Shown here: positions 44,030-54,283 of the stretch, piece after piece
Layout: each line of letters starts with the position of its first letter
Numbering within the stretch: the first letter of the stretch is position 1
Assembly: GCA_963750165.1 (NCBI GenBank)
Contig: CAVVPN010000010.1
Location: 96,001 to 160,000 of the forward strand
DNA length: 64,000 nucleotides
From: an uncultured Gemmataceae bacterium
Lineage (GTDB): Bacteria > Planctomycetota > Planctomycetia > Gemmatales > Gemmataceae
Direction of reading: 5' to 3'
The notes under the pieces: generated by a model
What the model saw: only the letters and a program-made list of their open reading frames with translations
Database searches by the model: none
Told to the model about the DNA's origin: nothing
Made by a program: the position numbers and the translations under genes

Positions 44030-46435
44030 ATGGCGTTTCGCGCACCTCCCGTCGGCTCCCTGTTCGGGCGGCTGTGGTTCCCGGTCTGCCTGGCCGTGCT
44101 CCTGTTGCTGGCGCTGCCCGCGCTGGTACTGCAACTGCTGCACCTGTTCGGCGCCGCGGGCGAGGTGAACACCTGGCTGAAAAACAACTTCGACCTCAGT
44201 TACCAGAGCCCGCTGCCCGGGATGAAATGGGACGACGCGCGGACCTGGTGGCCGTTGCTGGTGCTGTTACTGCCGCCCATCGGGGTGCTGCTGCTCTACT
44301 TCCTCAAGCTCAAGCGCCGGCCGCTGCAGGTGCCCAGCACGTTCCTGTGGAAGAAGAGCATCGAGGACCTGCACGTCAACGCCCTGTTCCAGTGGCTGCG
44401 GCAGAACGTGGTGTTGCTGCTGCAACTGCTGGTGCTGCTGGTGCTGCTCTATGCCACGCTGGGGCTGCGCTTCCACGGCCAGACCGCGACGGGCAAGCAC
44501 TACATCCTCCTGATCGACAACAGCGCCAGCATGGCCGCGACCGACGTGGCCCCAAGCCGCCTGGAGTGGGCCAGGCAGGAGGCGCTCAAGCTCATCGACG
44601 CCGCCGACGAGGGCCACCAGGGCATGGTCATCGTCTTCAACTCCACGGCGACGACGCTGCAGAGCTACACCACCGACAAGGGCGACCTGCGGCGGGCGGT
44701 CCAGTCCATCAAGCAAACGAGCCGGACGACGCGCATCGAGGACGCACTGACGCTAGCGGACAACCTGGCGAACCAGTACCGCTCTACCGAGGACGCCGTG
44801 TCGCAGCCGGAAGACCAGGAGGCCGAGAAGCGGCGGACCATGTTCAAGCCTGGGCAGGGCACGCCGACGGAGGTGTACCTGTTCACCGACGCAGTTTTTC
44901 AGGAACCGTCGCCCGCGGCCCTGGCGACGCTGAACTCGCTGCTGGCCGGCAACACGAAGGCACTGGGCAACCTGCACGTCCACTTTTTCCAGGCGGGCGC
45001 GAAGGAGAAGGATAGGCCGGTGAACAACGTCGGCATCGTCACCCTGGACGCCGAGCGCGCCGACGCTGGCCAGCAGGACGACAAGAAGGCCCGGCCGAAC
45101 AAGGGCGTCGGCGTCAAGGTGTTCGCCGAGGTCCACAACTTCCGCCCGGAGGAGGCAACGGTGAAGGTGCGGCTGGAGGTGCGGTCGCAGGGCAAGCTGA
45201 TTCACTGGGATGCGCAGCTGGTGAAGCTGGCCGCGCGATCCGCCGGGAAGGCGGAGGGCAAGCCCGGTGAGTCGGGCAGCGGCTGGGCGCGGTTCAAGGT
45301 GGACGATCTCGACATGACCGCCAACCCAGTGGTCCGCGTGTACCTCGACGGCGTGAACGACGACTTCCCGCTGGACGACGAAGCGTGGCTGGTGCTGGCA
45401 CCGCAGCGGCGGGCGCGCGTGCTGGTGGTCACGGCTGGCAACCCGGCGCTGGAAGCGTTCTTCGACAAGGAGGGGCCGACGTCGGAGCTGGCCGAGGTCG
45501 AGTGGCTCAAGCCCGCCGACCTGGACGGCGCCGCCTACCGCCAGAAGGCGGTGGATAAGATCGAGTACGACCTGGTGGTCTTCGATCACTGCGCCCCGAA
45601 GGAGGAGAAGGACCTGCCGCAGGCGCACACGCTGTTCCTCGGCGCGGCGCCGCCGCCGTGGCGGCGCGGCGACCCCTTCGAGGAGAGCAGGAAACAGAAG
45701 AGTATCGTGCCGACCGTCAGCAAGGCCAGCCACCCACTGCTGCGCCTCATCCGGACCATGCGCGACGTGGCGATTGGCGAAGCGTTTGAGTTGCAGTTGG
45801 CCGCCGACCTGAAGGACGAGGACCGCGACCGCGCGAAGAAAGCGCTGGCGCAGCGCGACACGGTGCTGGAGGCGACCGGCAATCGGCCGCTGCTGTTCAG
45901 CGTGCGCCGCGGGCCGTACAAGGACGTGGTGCTGGCGTTCACGCTCTTCAACGACAGGGGCGATCTGCTGACGAACTGGCCGCTACGGCGCAGCTTCCCG
46001 GTGTTCCTGCGCAACGTGCTCATGGAGTTCGGCAACCTGAACGTGGGGGGCAGGACGCTGCAGGCGGGCGAGCCATTTCAGTTCCGCGAACCGGGCGTCG
46101 ATTGGAAGGAAGTGCAGATGCCGGACGGGAAGACGAAGCCGCTGCAGCGCCGTGGCGATCCGAACGACCCGGACCTGGTGTTCGCCGACACGGAGCAGCT
46201 GGGCCTGTACGATCTGGTCGGCGACGGGCCGCGGCGGCGCAGTTTCGCGGTGAACCTGCTCGACCCGCTGGAGAGCGACATCGCGCCGCGCGATCGCTTC
46301 AAGGTCGGCGGTGACACGGTCGCGGCCGAGCCGGAGCGGCGGCAGCCGTATGACCTGTGGAAGTGGTTCGCGCTGGGGGCGCTGATTCTGCTGGTGCTGG
46401 AGTGGTATGTTTATAATCGGCGGGTGTTCGTGTGA
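44030..46435 (+). CDS. BatA N-terminal + VWA domain membrane protein
   Basis: LLYFLKLKRR...PSTFLW (BatA), LIDNSASM, FTD, FAVN....ESD, C-terminal TM LEWYVYNRR. Confidence 0.88.
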   Translation: MAFRAPPVGSLFGRLWFPVCLAVLLLLALPALVLQLLHLFGAAGEVNTWLKNNFDLSYQSPLPGMKWDDARTWWPLLVLLLPPIGVLLLYFLKLKRRPLQVPSTFLWKKSIEDLHVNALFQWLRQNVVLLLQLLVLLVLLYATLGLRFHGQTATGKHYILLIDNSASMAATDVAPSRLEWARQEALKLIDAADEGHQGMVIVFNSTATTLQSYTTDKGDLRRAVQSIKQTSRTTRIEDALTLADNLANQYRSTEDAVSQPEDQEAEKRRTMFKPGQGTPTEVYLFTDAVFQEPSPAALATLNSLLAGNTKALGNLHVHFFQAGAKEKDRPVNNVGIVTLDAERADAGQQDDKKARPNKGVGVKVFAEVHNFRPEEATVKVRLEVRSQGKLIHWDAQLVKLAARSAGKAEGKPGESGSGWARFKVDDLDMTANPVVRVYLDGVNDDFPLDDEAWLVLAPQRRARVLVVTAGNPALEAFFDKEGPTSELAEVEWLKPADLDGAAYRQKAVDKIEYDLVVFDHCAPKEEKDLPQAHTLFLGAAPPPWRRGDPFEESRKQKSIVPTVSKASHPLLRLIRTMRDVAIGEAFELQLAADLKDEDRDRAKKALAQRDTVLEATGNRPLLFSVRRGPYKDVVLAFTLFNDRGDLLTNWPLRRSFPVFLRNVLMEFGNLNVGGRTLQAGEPFQFREPGVDWKEVQMPDGKTKPLQRRGDPNDPDLVFADTEQLGLYDLVGDGPRRRSFAVNLLDPLESDIAPRDRFKVGGDTVAAEPERRQPYDLWKWFALGALILLVLEWYVYNRRVFV

Positions 46436-46446
46436 GGACGGTTACG

Positions 46447-46638
46447 ATGGACGCTGCGAAAAAGAAGGCCTTGGAAACGGCCGGCTGGCGGTTCGGAGAC
46501 GCCGCCGACTTTTTGGAGATGACCGACGAAGAGCGACAACTGCTCGACGCCCGAGTGAAACTGGCCGTTATCCCAAAGACTCAAGCCCTGGACGTGAATC
46601 CGGCGAGCCCGAATTTTGGCACCTCGGCCGTGAAGTAG
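46447..46638 (+). pseudogene. Truncated XRE/HTH antitoxin-like gene remnant
   Basis: MDAAKKKALETAGWRFGDAADFLEMTDEERQLLDARVKLA matches the N-terminus of a common HTH family from memory, but the HTH is absent. Confidence 0.55.
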
Positions 46639-46642
46639 CCGG

Positions 46643-48332
46643 TCACGCCACCTGCACTTCCTCCTCCACGCCCACCGTCTCGCGGAACTTCGGGTCCGAG
46701 ATCAGGCACGGGTGCTTGTACTGCTCCGGCGTCCCGCCCGTGCGCGCCTGCCGCGCCCGGTCCCACTGCTGCCACGTACTCGTCGGCAGCAGTTCCAGCC
46801 GCACCGGGCCGAGCCGCCGGCTGCGGCGCTTCTCGCCATACTCGACGTTCACCACCATCAACTGCCGGTCCAGCGCCTCCGCCAGCCGCACACCTTCGGT
46901 GACATCCGCCAGGTCGCCGCGCTCCACGAACAGGCCGTAGTACGGCGCCACGTCGTCCCAGCACGGCGCCAGGCTGTACGCCGTCAGCGTCAGGTTTAGC
47001 GCCTGCTGCACGTCCTTCATCGCCCCGGCAACGTGGTACTCCGACAGCTTCTCGCCCGTGATGTTCGCGAAGTGCGAGCCCTTGCTCAAGAACTCGATCA
47101 GCGGCGTCTGGTTGTGGAAGCCGGTCACGCGCACCAGGTCGTGGATGTGGTAGCGGTACAGCCCGAACGCGGTCGTCGGCAGGATGAAGTACGCCCGGCC
47201 CTCCTTGAGTTCGTGGGCGCCCACGACGGTCGGCTGCTTGCTGTCCGCCTCCTCCTCGGGGATGAACTCGAAGTAGTGCGTCGTCACGTCCAGGATGCCG
47301 CTCGGCGTGCCGTCTCGCATCGGGATCGTCATGCGGCCCTCGCTGGCCAGCAGCCCGATGTCACGCACCGGCGTGCTACCGTAGTACGTCGGGTAGTGCC
47401 GCAGATACGAGGCGACGCTGCCGCCCATCCAGTTACCGATGATGCAGTCGCTCGGCCAGTAATCCTTCGGGTACAGATGGCCGGTGCGGCGCACGATCTC
47501 CTCCAGTTCGCGCCCGCTCCGGGTGGCGGCGGCGGGTCTTCCACGCCAGCGCGGCGCGGATGTCCGCGGGGATGTCCAGCCGTGGGTTCAGCGTGCCGTC
47601 GTACAGATCGCGGATCAGCGCCTCTTTTTCCTCGTCGCCGGTGCGGGCGAGGTTGACCAGCGTGCTCGGGTTGGCGGCGACGATCATCCCCGGGCGGCGC
47701 GGCAGACTCAGACGCAGCGCCGTGTAATACTTCGCCGTCGCGTCCTTGATGCAGCCGGCCCGCGCCGGCACGCAGTACAAAAAGCGGATGATGCGTTTCT
47801 GCATCGTCGCCGTCAGGCCGGTCACGTTGCCGCACGGGATGCCCGCGTCGGTCATGAACTCGCGCCAGTCACTCGACATCTGCACGATTGGCCGCAGCTT
47901 CACCGCGGGGTGGTCGCGAAACACCTTCAGGCCCCACAGGTTCCAGCCGCGCTTGTAGTCCGCCAGGTACTGCGGCGTCACCGGGATGAACTTGCGCGCC
48001 GCCGTCGTGCCGCTCGTCAACGCAAACATGTGGATATGCGAATCTGTCAACAGCGCCCGGAAGTCGCCGTTGCGCACGCGCTGCAGATAGGGATCGAAAT
48101 ACTCGTAGGCGGCCACCGGCAGCTGGCGGCGGAAGTCCGCGACGGTGCCAATGGCGCCGAAGTGGTGATCGCGGCCGAAGTCGGTGTCGGTCTGGCGGGC
48201 CAGGATGCTACGGAGGAGGGCTTCCTGCACTTCCCGCGGCGACTGGGTCGCGGCCTCGAAGGCCGCCAGCTGCCGGCGCACCGGCCAGGCCACGATCTTG
48301 CCCAGGATTTTACGCAGGAGCCACTTCAACAT
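46643..48332 (-). CDS. GH3 (auxin-responsive promoter) family acyl-acid amido synthetase, frameshifted near 47512
   Basis: TDFGRDHHF, ALTSGTTAARKFIP (P-loop), LASEG, GLYRYHIHDLVRVTGF, GEKLSE, QYKHP. Confidence 0.88.
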
Positions 48333-48372
48333 GGATTTGCCCTGTCAGCGGTTGAGGATCAAGGGTGCAAGT

Positions 48373-49464
48373 TCACGCCCGCGTCGTCACCGTGGGGGTG
48401 ACGTGCGCGACGGTCCCGTTGGCATCCCTGTCCACCGCGGACACGGCCGGCTGGGGGGCTCCTGCCGGGGGCGGCCCGGCGGGCGCTGACGCCGCGCCGC
48501 CGCCCAGGTGCTTCAGGAAGAACGCCAGCACGCGGCGCTGGTACTCCTCCGGGGCCTGGTGGAAGGCCTGGTTGTGCTTGGCCCCGTCCACCATCCACAG
48601 ATCCTTCGGCCCGCGCACCCGCCCGAACAAATCCTGGGCCATCTCTGGCTTGATGTAGGTGTCGGCGCCGCCGTGGATCATCAGCAGCGGCCGGTCGCCC
48701 AGCTGGCGCATCGCGTGTTCCAGGTGTGCGAAACGTAGGCCGCGCGCACGCCGAATCCGCCGCAGCCCCGCCTTCGCGTACAGGCCGTAGAACCACGACG
48801 GCAGCGCCCGCTGCAGCCAGATACGCTTGTTGTAAATCTGAATCCAGCGCTTCATGTACGGCAGCATCGTCGTGTGCGTCGCGAACACGCCGTCGGTCAC
48901 AAAGCAGCGCAACGCCGGGTCGCGCGCCGCGGCGATCAGGCCGGCGCTGCCACCTTTGCTGATGCCGAAGAAGCCCACGCCCTGCGGATCGCGATCCGGC
49001 CGTCGCTGCAAATACGCGAGGGCCGCGCTGAAGTCGCGCAGCTCGTACTCGGTGACCCACTGCAGCGGGTCGTAGCCGGGTTGCTTGTCGCTGTCGCCCT
49101 GACCGCGCGGCTCGAACGTGAACACGTCGAAGCCGTGCGCCCGCAGGAAGTCCGTGTACGGCACGCATGCCCAGCGGTTCGAGCCGAACTCCAGGCCGAA
49201 CAGGATCACGCCCAGCCGGCGCGGTTGCGTCGTTTTCAGGTAACAACCGCGCAACGTCAAGCCGTCGTCGGTGCGCAGTGTCACGTCTTCCGCGTCCGCG
49301 ACCGGCTGGCCGCGCGGGATGATGAACAGCGGCTTCTCCTCGAAGATGCGCACCACGTAGTGCAGATAGCGAATCCGCACGTACCAGTACAGCGTCGTGA
49401 ACGCCAGCGCCGCCAGCAAAGCGATGCCGGCTAACACCCCGAGCGTGAGCCAAAGCCACTCCAC
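48373..49464 (-). CDS. Membrane-anchored alpha/beta hydrolase (Ser-Asp-His)
   Basis: GTG start with AAGGAG RBS; N-terminal TM; RGQGDS, G-I-S-K-G, HGGAD, AKHN. Confidence 0.85.
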   Translation of the reverse strand: MEWLWLTLGVLAGIALLAALAFTTLYWYVRIRYLHYVVRIFEEKPLFIIPRGQPVADAEDVTLRTDDGLTLRGCYLKTTQPRRLGVILFGLEFGSNRWACVPYTDFLRAHGFDVFTFEPRGQGDSDKQPGYDPLQWVTEYELRDFSAALAYLQRRPDRDPQGVGFFGISKGGSAGLIAAARDPALRCFVTDGVFATHTTMLPYMKRWIQIYNKRIWLQRALPSWFYGLYAKAGLRRIRRARGLRFAHLEHAMRQLGDRPLLMIHGGADTYIKPEMAQDLFGRVRGPKDLWMVDGAKHNQAFHQAPEEYQRRVLAFFLKHLGGGAASAPAGPPPAGAPQPAVSAVDRDANGTVAHVTPTVTTRA

Positions 49465-49494
49465 GGTGTCACTCCTTGGGACTGTCTGCTCTCT

Positions 49495-49567
49495 TCCCCC
49501 CCTCGCCCCTTTCAGGGGGAGAGGGGTCGGGGGTTCCTCTTGCTCCCCCTGAAGGGGGCGAGGGGAG
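49495..49567. repeat. CCCCTCGCCCC/GGGGAGAGGGG-type palindromic element
   Basis: Two related hairpin units between fabF and the hydrolase; same family as 43982. Confidence 0.7.
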
Positions 49568-49579
49568 ATAGTTTGCGCC

Positions 49580-50878
49580 TCAATCCACAAAGCGACTCAC
49601 GATCAACGACACATTCTGCCCACCGAAACCGAAGCTGTTGCTCAGCACGTGCCGCACCGTCTTCTCGCGGGCCGTGTTCGGCACGTAGTCCAGGTCGCAG
49701 TCTGGGTCCGGCACCTCATAGTTGATGGTCGGCGGCAGCACACCGCGGCGCAGCACCATCACGCTGGTGATTAGCTCCACTGCGCCCGCGGCCGCGATCA
49801 AATGGCCCAGCATACTCTTGCTGCTGCTCACCGGCACCTGGTAGGCGCCGTCGCCAAACACATTCTTGATCGCCAGCGATTCCACGCGGTCGTTCACCTG
49901 CGTGCTGGTGCCGTGCGCGTTGATGTAGCCGATCGCGCCCGAATTCAGCCCGGCGTCCTTCAGCGCGTACTCCATGCAGGCGATGGCGCCGCGGCCGTCC
50001 GGGTGGCTGTCGGTCACGCGGAAGGCGTCGCCGGTCGAGCCGTAGCCCGTCATCTCGGCGTAAATGGTCGCGCCGCGCTTGCGGGCGTGGCCCAGTTCCT
50101 CCAGCACCAACATGCCGGCACCCTCGCCGAGCACGAAGCCGTCACGGCGGGCGTCGAAGGGCCGCGACGCCTTCGCCGGGGCCTCGTTGTGCGTCGAGAG
50201 GGCCGTCAGCAGGTTGAAACCGGTGACGCCGAACGGATGGATCATGCTGTGCGAACCGCCCGAGAGCATCAGGTCCGCCTCGCCTTGACGGATCATCTCG
50301 GTCGCCTCGCCCAGCGCCTGACTGCTGGCGGCGCACGCGGTCAGACAGTTGTAATTCGGCCCCTCCAACTCGAAGTACGCCGCCAGGTGCCCGGGCGTCG
50401 TGTGCAACTCCTGCTCGAACTCGCGGTTGGCGTGGAAGTCGTGCAGGGCGCCGCGCGTGAACTTCGCGGTATCCACGGCGCGCTGCTCGGGCAGGTAGCT
50501 CTCGGAGATCAGCGATACCAGATGCTGAAAGTCCTGGATGCCTTCGCCGGAGCCGAGGTAAACGCCGAAGCGGCCGCGGTCCACGGCGGCGCGATCCTCC
50601 GGCAGCAGGCCGGCGTCGGCGAGCGCCTGCTGCGCCGCGGCGGCGGCGAAGCGACTGTTGGCCCCGGAATTCTGCCAGCGCTCCGGCGCCTTGACGTAGT
50701 GGCCGAGGTCGAAGTCCTTGACCTGGGCCGCGAACTTCGTCGGGAAGCGGCTGGCGTCGAACAGCGTGATCGGCCCAACGCCGCTGCGGCCCTCCAGCTG
50801 GCGGCGGTACAGATCCTCGACCGAGTGGCCCAGCGGCGTGATCGCGCCCATTCCGGTGATGACGACACGACGTTTCAT
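49580..50878 (-). CDS. fabF: Beta-ketoacyl-ACP synthase II-like (catalytic KS)
   Basis: RRVVITGMG, TACAAS (Cys), INAHGTST (His), KSMLGHL (His), SNSFGFGGQN. Confidence 0.92.
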   Translation of the reverse strand: MKRRVVITGMGAITPLGHSVEDLYRRQLEGRSGVGPITLFDASRFPTKFAAQVKDFDLGHYVKAPERWQNSGANSRFAAAAAQQALADAGLLPEDRAAVDRGRFGVYLGSGEGIQDFQHLVSLISESYLPEQRAVDTAKFTRGALHDFHANREFEQELHTTPGHLAAYFELEGPNYNCLTACAASSQALGEATEMIRQGEADLMLSGGSHSMIHPFGVTGFNLLTALSTHNEAPAKASRPFDARRDGFVLGEGAGMLVLEELGHARKRGATIYAEMTGYGSTGDAFRVTDSHPDGRGAIACMEYALKDAGLNSGAIGYINAHGTSTQVNDRVESLAIKNVFGDGAYQVPVSSSKSMLGHLIAAAGAVELITSVMVLRRGVLPPTINYEVPDPDCDLDYVPNTAREKTVRHVLSNSFGFGGQNVSLIVSRFVD

Positions 50879-50889
50879 GGCAACCTCAA

Positions 50890-50974
50890 AAATGGCAAAT
50901 TGCGAATGGCAGATGGCAAATTGAAAACCAACAGATGGGGATGTCTTTCCATTTGCCATTTGCCATTTGCCATT
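50890..50974. repeat. Heptamer (AATGGCA/TGCCATT) tandem-repeat hairpin
   Basis: AATGGCAAATTGCGAATGGCAGATGGCAAA ... TTTGCCATTTGCCATTTGCCATT, touching the upstream gene's stop. Confidence 0.8.
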
Positions 50975-52253
50975 ATTTGTCCTCCCACTTCCGCAGCACC
51001 ACCGCCGCACACTGCCCCATCTCGGTGAAGCCGACCTTGAGCACGCACGGCCGGCGCAGCGGCCGCGTCTGCGTGCCGACCGCCACTGGACACGCGGGGT
51101 CCGGCTCCTCATAGTTCAGCGACGCCGGCACCTGGCCGTGCGCCAGCCCCAGCAGGCTCGCCGCCAACTCGTTCAGGCCGCTGCCGGCGCCGAGGTTGCC
51201 GAAGTAGCTCTTCGGCGCGAACACCGGCACCGCGTTCGGCCCGAATACCTCCTGCAATCCCCGCGCCTCCCACACGTCCGCGTCGCGCGTGCTCAGGCCG
51301 TGGGCGTTCACATGGTCGATGTCCTCCGGCGCCACGCCCGCCTCGCCGCAGGCGGCGCGGATCGCCCGCGCCAGGCCGGTGCCGTCCTTCTTGCGGTCGA
51401 ACGCGGCGCCGAAGCCCAGCACCTCGGCGTAAATGCGGGCGCCGCGGCGACGGGCGTGTTCCAGCTCCTCCAGCACCACCACCGTCGCCCCCTCGCCCAG
51501 CGTGGTGCCGTCGCGCAGGCGGTCGAAGGGCCGCATGGCTTTTTCCGGCGCCTCGTTGCGGCGTGACAGCGGCGCGAACAGGCACTGCCGCACCATGCTC
51601 AACGGGTTCATCTTGCTGTCGGCGCCGCCCACCAGGAAGAAGTCGGCCTGGTCGCGCTGGACGATCCGCTTGGCCTCGCCCAGCGCCAGCAGGCTGGCTG
51701 CCTCGCTCTCGGTGACGGTGTTGTTCGGCCCCTGAGCGTTGTGCAGGATCGAGATGTGACAGGCCAGCATGTTCGGCAGATACTTGAGCATCCACAGCGG
51801 CGTGATGTTCGGCAGGCCCTGGTCGCCCCACTTTTCCAGGTCCACGACACCGGGGTGGCCGGCCACGCTGAGTTGTGCCGCCGGCCCCAGTTCCTCCAGC
51901 TCGGTGGCCAGCAGACCGGCGCCGAACTCGACGCCAAAGCGCGTCGGGTCGAGGCGCTCCTTATCCACCTGGCCATCGTCGAGCGCCAGCTGTGCCGCGG
52001 CCACGGCCAGCTGGATGCCGCGCGCCATGACGCGCAGTTGCTTGCCAGCCTTTTTGTCGATGAAGCGGCGGGCGTCGAAGCCGGCGATCTCGGCGCCGAT
52101 GCGCGTTGGCAACGGGCTGGTGTCGAAATGGGTGATAAGCCGCACGGCGCTCTTGCCGGCCAGCAGCCCTTGCCAGTATGCCTCGGCGCCGGTGCCCAGC
52201 GGGTTCACCACGCCCACGCCGGTCAGGACAGTGCGACGGGATGTGTGTGCCAT
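50973..52253 (-). CDS. Non-catalytic ketosynthase homolog (chain-length-factor-like)
   Basis: Full FabF fold, but TESEAAS in place of TACAAS (Cys->Glu) and KSYFGNL in place of KSxxGHL (His->Asn). Confidence 0.85.
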   Translation of the reverse strand: MAHTSRRTVLTGVGVVNPLGTGAEAYWQGLLAGKSAVRLITHFDTSPLPTRIGAEIAGFDARRFIDKKAGKQLRVMARGIQLAVAAAQLALDDGQVDKERLDPTRFGVEFGAGLLATELEELGPAAQLSVAGHPGVVDLEKWGDQGLPNITPLWMLKYLPNMLACHISILHNAQGPNNTVTESEAASLLALGEAKRIVQRDQADFFLVGGADSKMNPLSMVRQCLFAPLSRRNEAPEKAMRPFDRLRDGTTLGEGATVVVLEELEHARRRGARIYAEVLGFGAAFDRKKDGTGLARAIRAACGEAGVAPEDIDHVNAHGLSTRDADVWEARGLQEVFGPNAVPVFAPKSYFGNLGAGSGLNELAASLLGLAHGQVPASLNYEEPDPACPVAVGTQTRPLRRPCVLKVGFTEMGQCAAVVLRKWEDK

Positions 52254-52356
52254 GACGAACCTGCGGCCGGTGCGGCGTGCCGACGCGCGCCCGCTCTGCC
52301 GCCCTCCCTGGGACGACGTGTCCGAACCGATTGCAACAATCCCAACCCTGGGCGCG

Positions 52357-52440
52357 TGGCCCCTGGGGGTAGCGGCAGTCGCCAGACTTCCGAGCAGCGC
52401 CGGACAGAAGTCTGACGACTGCCGCTACCCCCAGGGGCCA
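52357..52440. repeat. GTAG-type REP doublet, copy 2
   Basis: GGTAGCGGCAGTCGCCAGACTTCCG-AGCAGCGCCGGA-CAGAAGTCTGACGACTGCCGCTACC, homologous to 36105. Confidence 0.88.
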
Positions 52441-52446
52441 ACCGTT

Positions 52447-52961
52447 CTAGTCCTGCCTCGCTTCCCTGCCGGCGTGGTTCGGCAGGAACCGGGCGAGCAG
52501 ATGGCTCAACTCACCGGTGAAGACGAAGTTCTTGTCGCCAAAGAGCTGCTGCGAGCGCGACCGGTCCAGATGGGCGAAGAAGATTTCCGCCTCGCCGACC
52601 AGGGCCGGCGGCCGGCCCGTCTCGGGCTCGCCGGCGAACACGCGCCCGAGCACCGAGGCGCCCTCGGGCGCAGGTGCAACAGCTCCACCTCGTAGATGAC
52701 CTGCTCGCCCGCCAGCACCTCGCGGGTGAAGTGAGCGCGCGGAATCTTGGCGAGCACGACCTTTTCCTGAAATGCGGTGGCTTCGCCGACCAGGATACCA
52801 CCAGTCTGCGCCAGCCCTTCGAGCATCAGCGCCGCGGGCAGCACCGGATAGCCGGGGAAGTGGTCCGCAAACAGGTCCTCCGTGACGCTCAGGTTCTTGA
52901 CCGCCCGCGCGGACTTGCCACTGGTGAACTCCAGGAAGCGGTCAATCCAGATCCAGCGCAT
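52447..52961 (-). CDS. FabA/FabZ-like 3-hydroxyacyl-ACP dehydratase (catalytic His+Glu), frameshifted near 52665
   Basis: MRWIWIDRF, DHFPGYPVLPAALMLEGLAQ; C-terminus (GASVLGRV...EAEIFFAHL) in another frame. Confidence 0.85.
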
Positions 52962-52977
52962 GCGCGTCTCCGAAGAG

Positions 52978-53067
52978 GATTGCAGATTTTCGATTGCAGA
53001 TTGCCGATTGAAAGACCGGAACTCTTCTGTCTTTCAATCGGCAATCTGCAATCGAAAATCTGCAATC
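52978..53067. repeat. Heptamer (GATTGCA) tandem-repeat hairpin with perfect 39-bp arms
   Basis: GATTGCAGATTTTCGATTGCAGATTGCCGATTGAAAGAC / exact reverse complement at 53029-53067. Confidence 0.9.
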
Positions 53068-53455
53068 AGCTAGCCAACTTTCCCTGGATGTAGCGCGTAA
53101 TCATCTCGACCGTGAACAGGTCGCTGATGGCGCTCAGTTCGGGGTTCCGCTCGAACTTGCTGAGGTCTGCGAACGGCATACGGGCCCGCAGTTCCGCCAG
53201 GCCCTTGGCGGTCACCTTGCCGTTCTGCACGAATTCGGGGTCGCCCTGGAAGATCGACTCGGGGAACAGCTCGCCACGCGGAATCTTGATGCCGAACTCG
53301 CGTTCCAGGCGGAACACAATGTCCAGGAAGTCAATGGACTCGGCGCCCAGGTCGCCCTGCAGGGTGGCCTTGGGACTGATCTCGTCCTCATCAACGTTCA
53401 GCGCCTCGACCAGCGTGGCGGAGACCTTCGAGTAAATTTCTTCCTGACTAGGCAT
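53066..53455 (-). CDS. acpP: Acyl carrier protein, enlarged (129 aa)
   Basis: DLGAESIDFLDIVFRLEREFGIKI; GAGGAGG RBS; about 50 extra residues before the final TVxxI helix. Confidence 0.9.
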   Translation of the reverse strand: MPSQEEIYSKVSATLVEALNVDEDEISPKATLQGDLGAESIDFLDIVFRLEREFGIKIPRGELFPESIFQGDPEFVQNGKVTAKGLAELRARMPFADLSKFERNPELSAISDLFTVEMITRYIQGKLAS

Positions 53456-53508
53456 GGGTCAAACCTCCTCAAGGGAAAGTAGATAATTTTGGGCTGTCCG
53501 GGCGTTCG

Positions 53509-54267
53509 TCACACGGCTACCGCCCCCAGACTCAGGCCGCCGTCCACGGTCAGAATCTGTCCAGTGACGTAGGCAGCATCGGCACTGGCCAGAAACACCG
53601 CCACGCGGGCGATGTCGTCCGGCTGTCCCAGGCGGCGCATGGGGATCATCTTCTTGATGAGATCACCCGCCTTGTTGCGTACCGCCTCACTCATGTCCGT
53701 CTCGATAAAACCGGGAGCGATGGCATTCACGGTCACGCCCCGGCTGGCCAGTTCCGCGGCCAGGGCACGGGTGAACGAATTAATGGCGCCCTTGCTGGCG
53801 GCATAGTTCGTCTGGCCCGGGTTGACATAATCAGCGGCGACGCTGGACACGTTGATAATGCGGCCCTTGCGGGCCTTCATCATCGAGTAAGCGACTGCCT
53901 TGCAAAAGTTGAAGGCGCCGCCCAGGTTGGTGTCGAGCACGCTCTTCCACGCCTCCGGTTCCATGCGAACGAACAGGTCGTCCTTGATGATGCCGGCGTT
54001 GTTCACCAGAATGCCGATCGGTCCCCACTCGGCCTCGACGGTCTGCACGCACTGCTCGACCTCGGCGGCGTTGGTCACGTCCACCTGAAACGCCCTGCCA
54101 ACCTGTCCCGCCGCGGCGAGTTCCACAGCAAGACTATCGGCGGCCTCCTTGCTGCCGCGGTAGACAAACGCCACCCGGGCCCCTTCCGCCGCGAACGCCT
54201 TGACGATGGCCCGGCCGATCCCACGGCTGCCGCCGGTCACCAGCGCGACCTGATCCGTCAATCGCAT
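53509..54267 (-). CDS. fabG: 3-oxoacyl-ACP reductase
   Basis: TGGSRGIG, NNAGI, GQTNYAASK, APGFIETDM, TGQILTVDGG. Confidence 0.92.
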   Translation of the reverse strand: MRLTDQVALVTGGSRGIGRAIVKAFAAEGARVAFVYRGSKEAADSLAVELAAAGQVGRAFQVDVTNAAEVEQCVQTVEAEWGPIGILVNNAGIIKDDLFVRMEPEAWKSVLDTNLGGAFNFCKAVAYSMMKARKGRIINVSSVAADYVNPGQTNYAASKGAINSFTRALAAELASRGVTVNAIAPGFIETDMSEAVRNKAGDLIKKMIPMRRLGQPDDIARVAVFLASADAAYVTGQILTVDGGLSLGAVAV

Positions 54268-54283
54268 GTGCTTCCCCTCTTTC

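Noticed and set aside
37362..52961. Pseudogenisation or programmed frameshifting of the VWA, moxR, GH3 and dehydratase genes
   Set aside because: No other decay, no slippery heptamers and a shared error-like context; sequencing error is more parsimonious
50890..53067. CRISPR array in the short-repeat regions
   Set aside because: The repeats are 7-9-mers forming inverted arms, with no repeat-spacer structure and no cas genes
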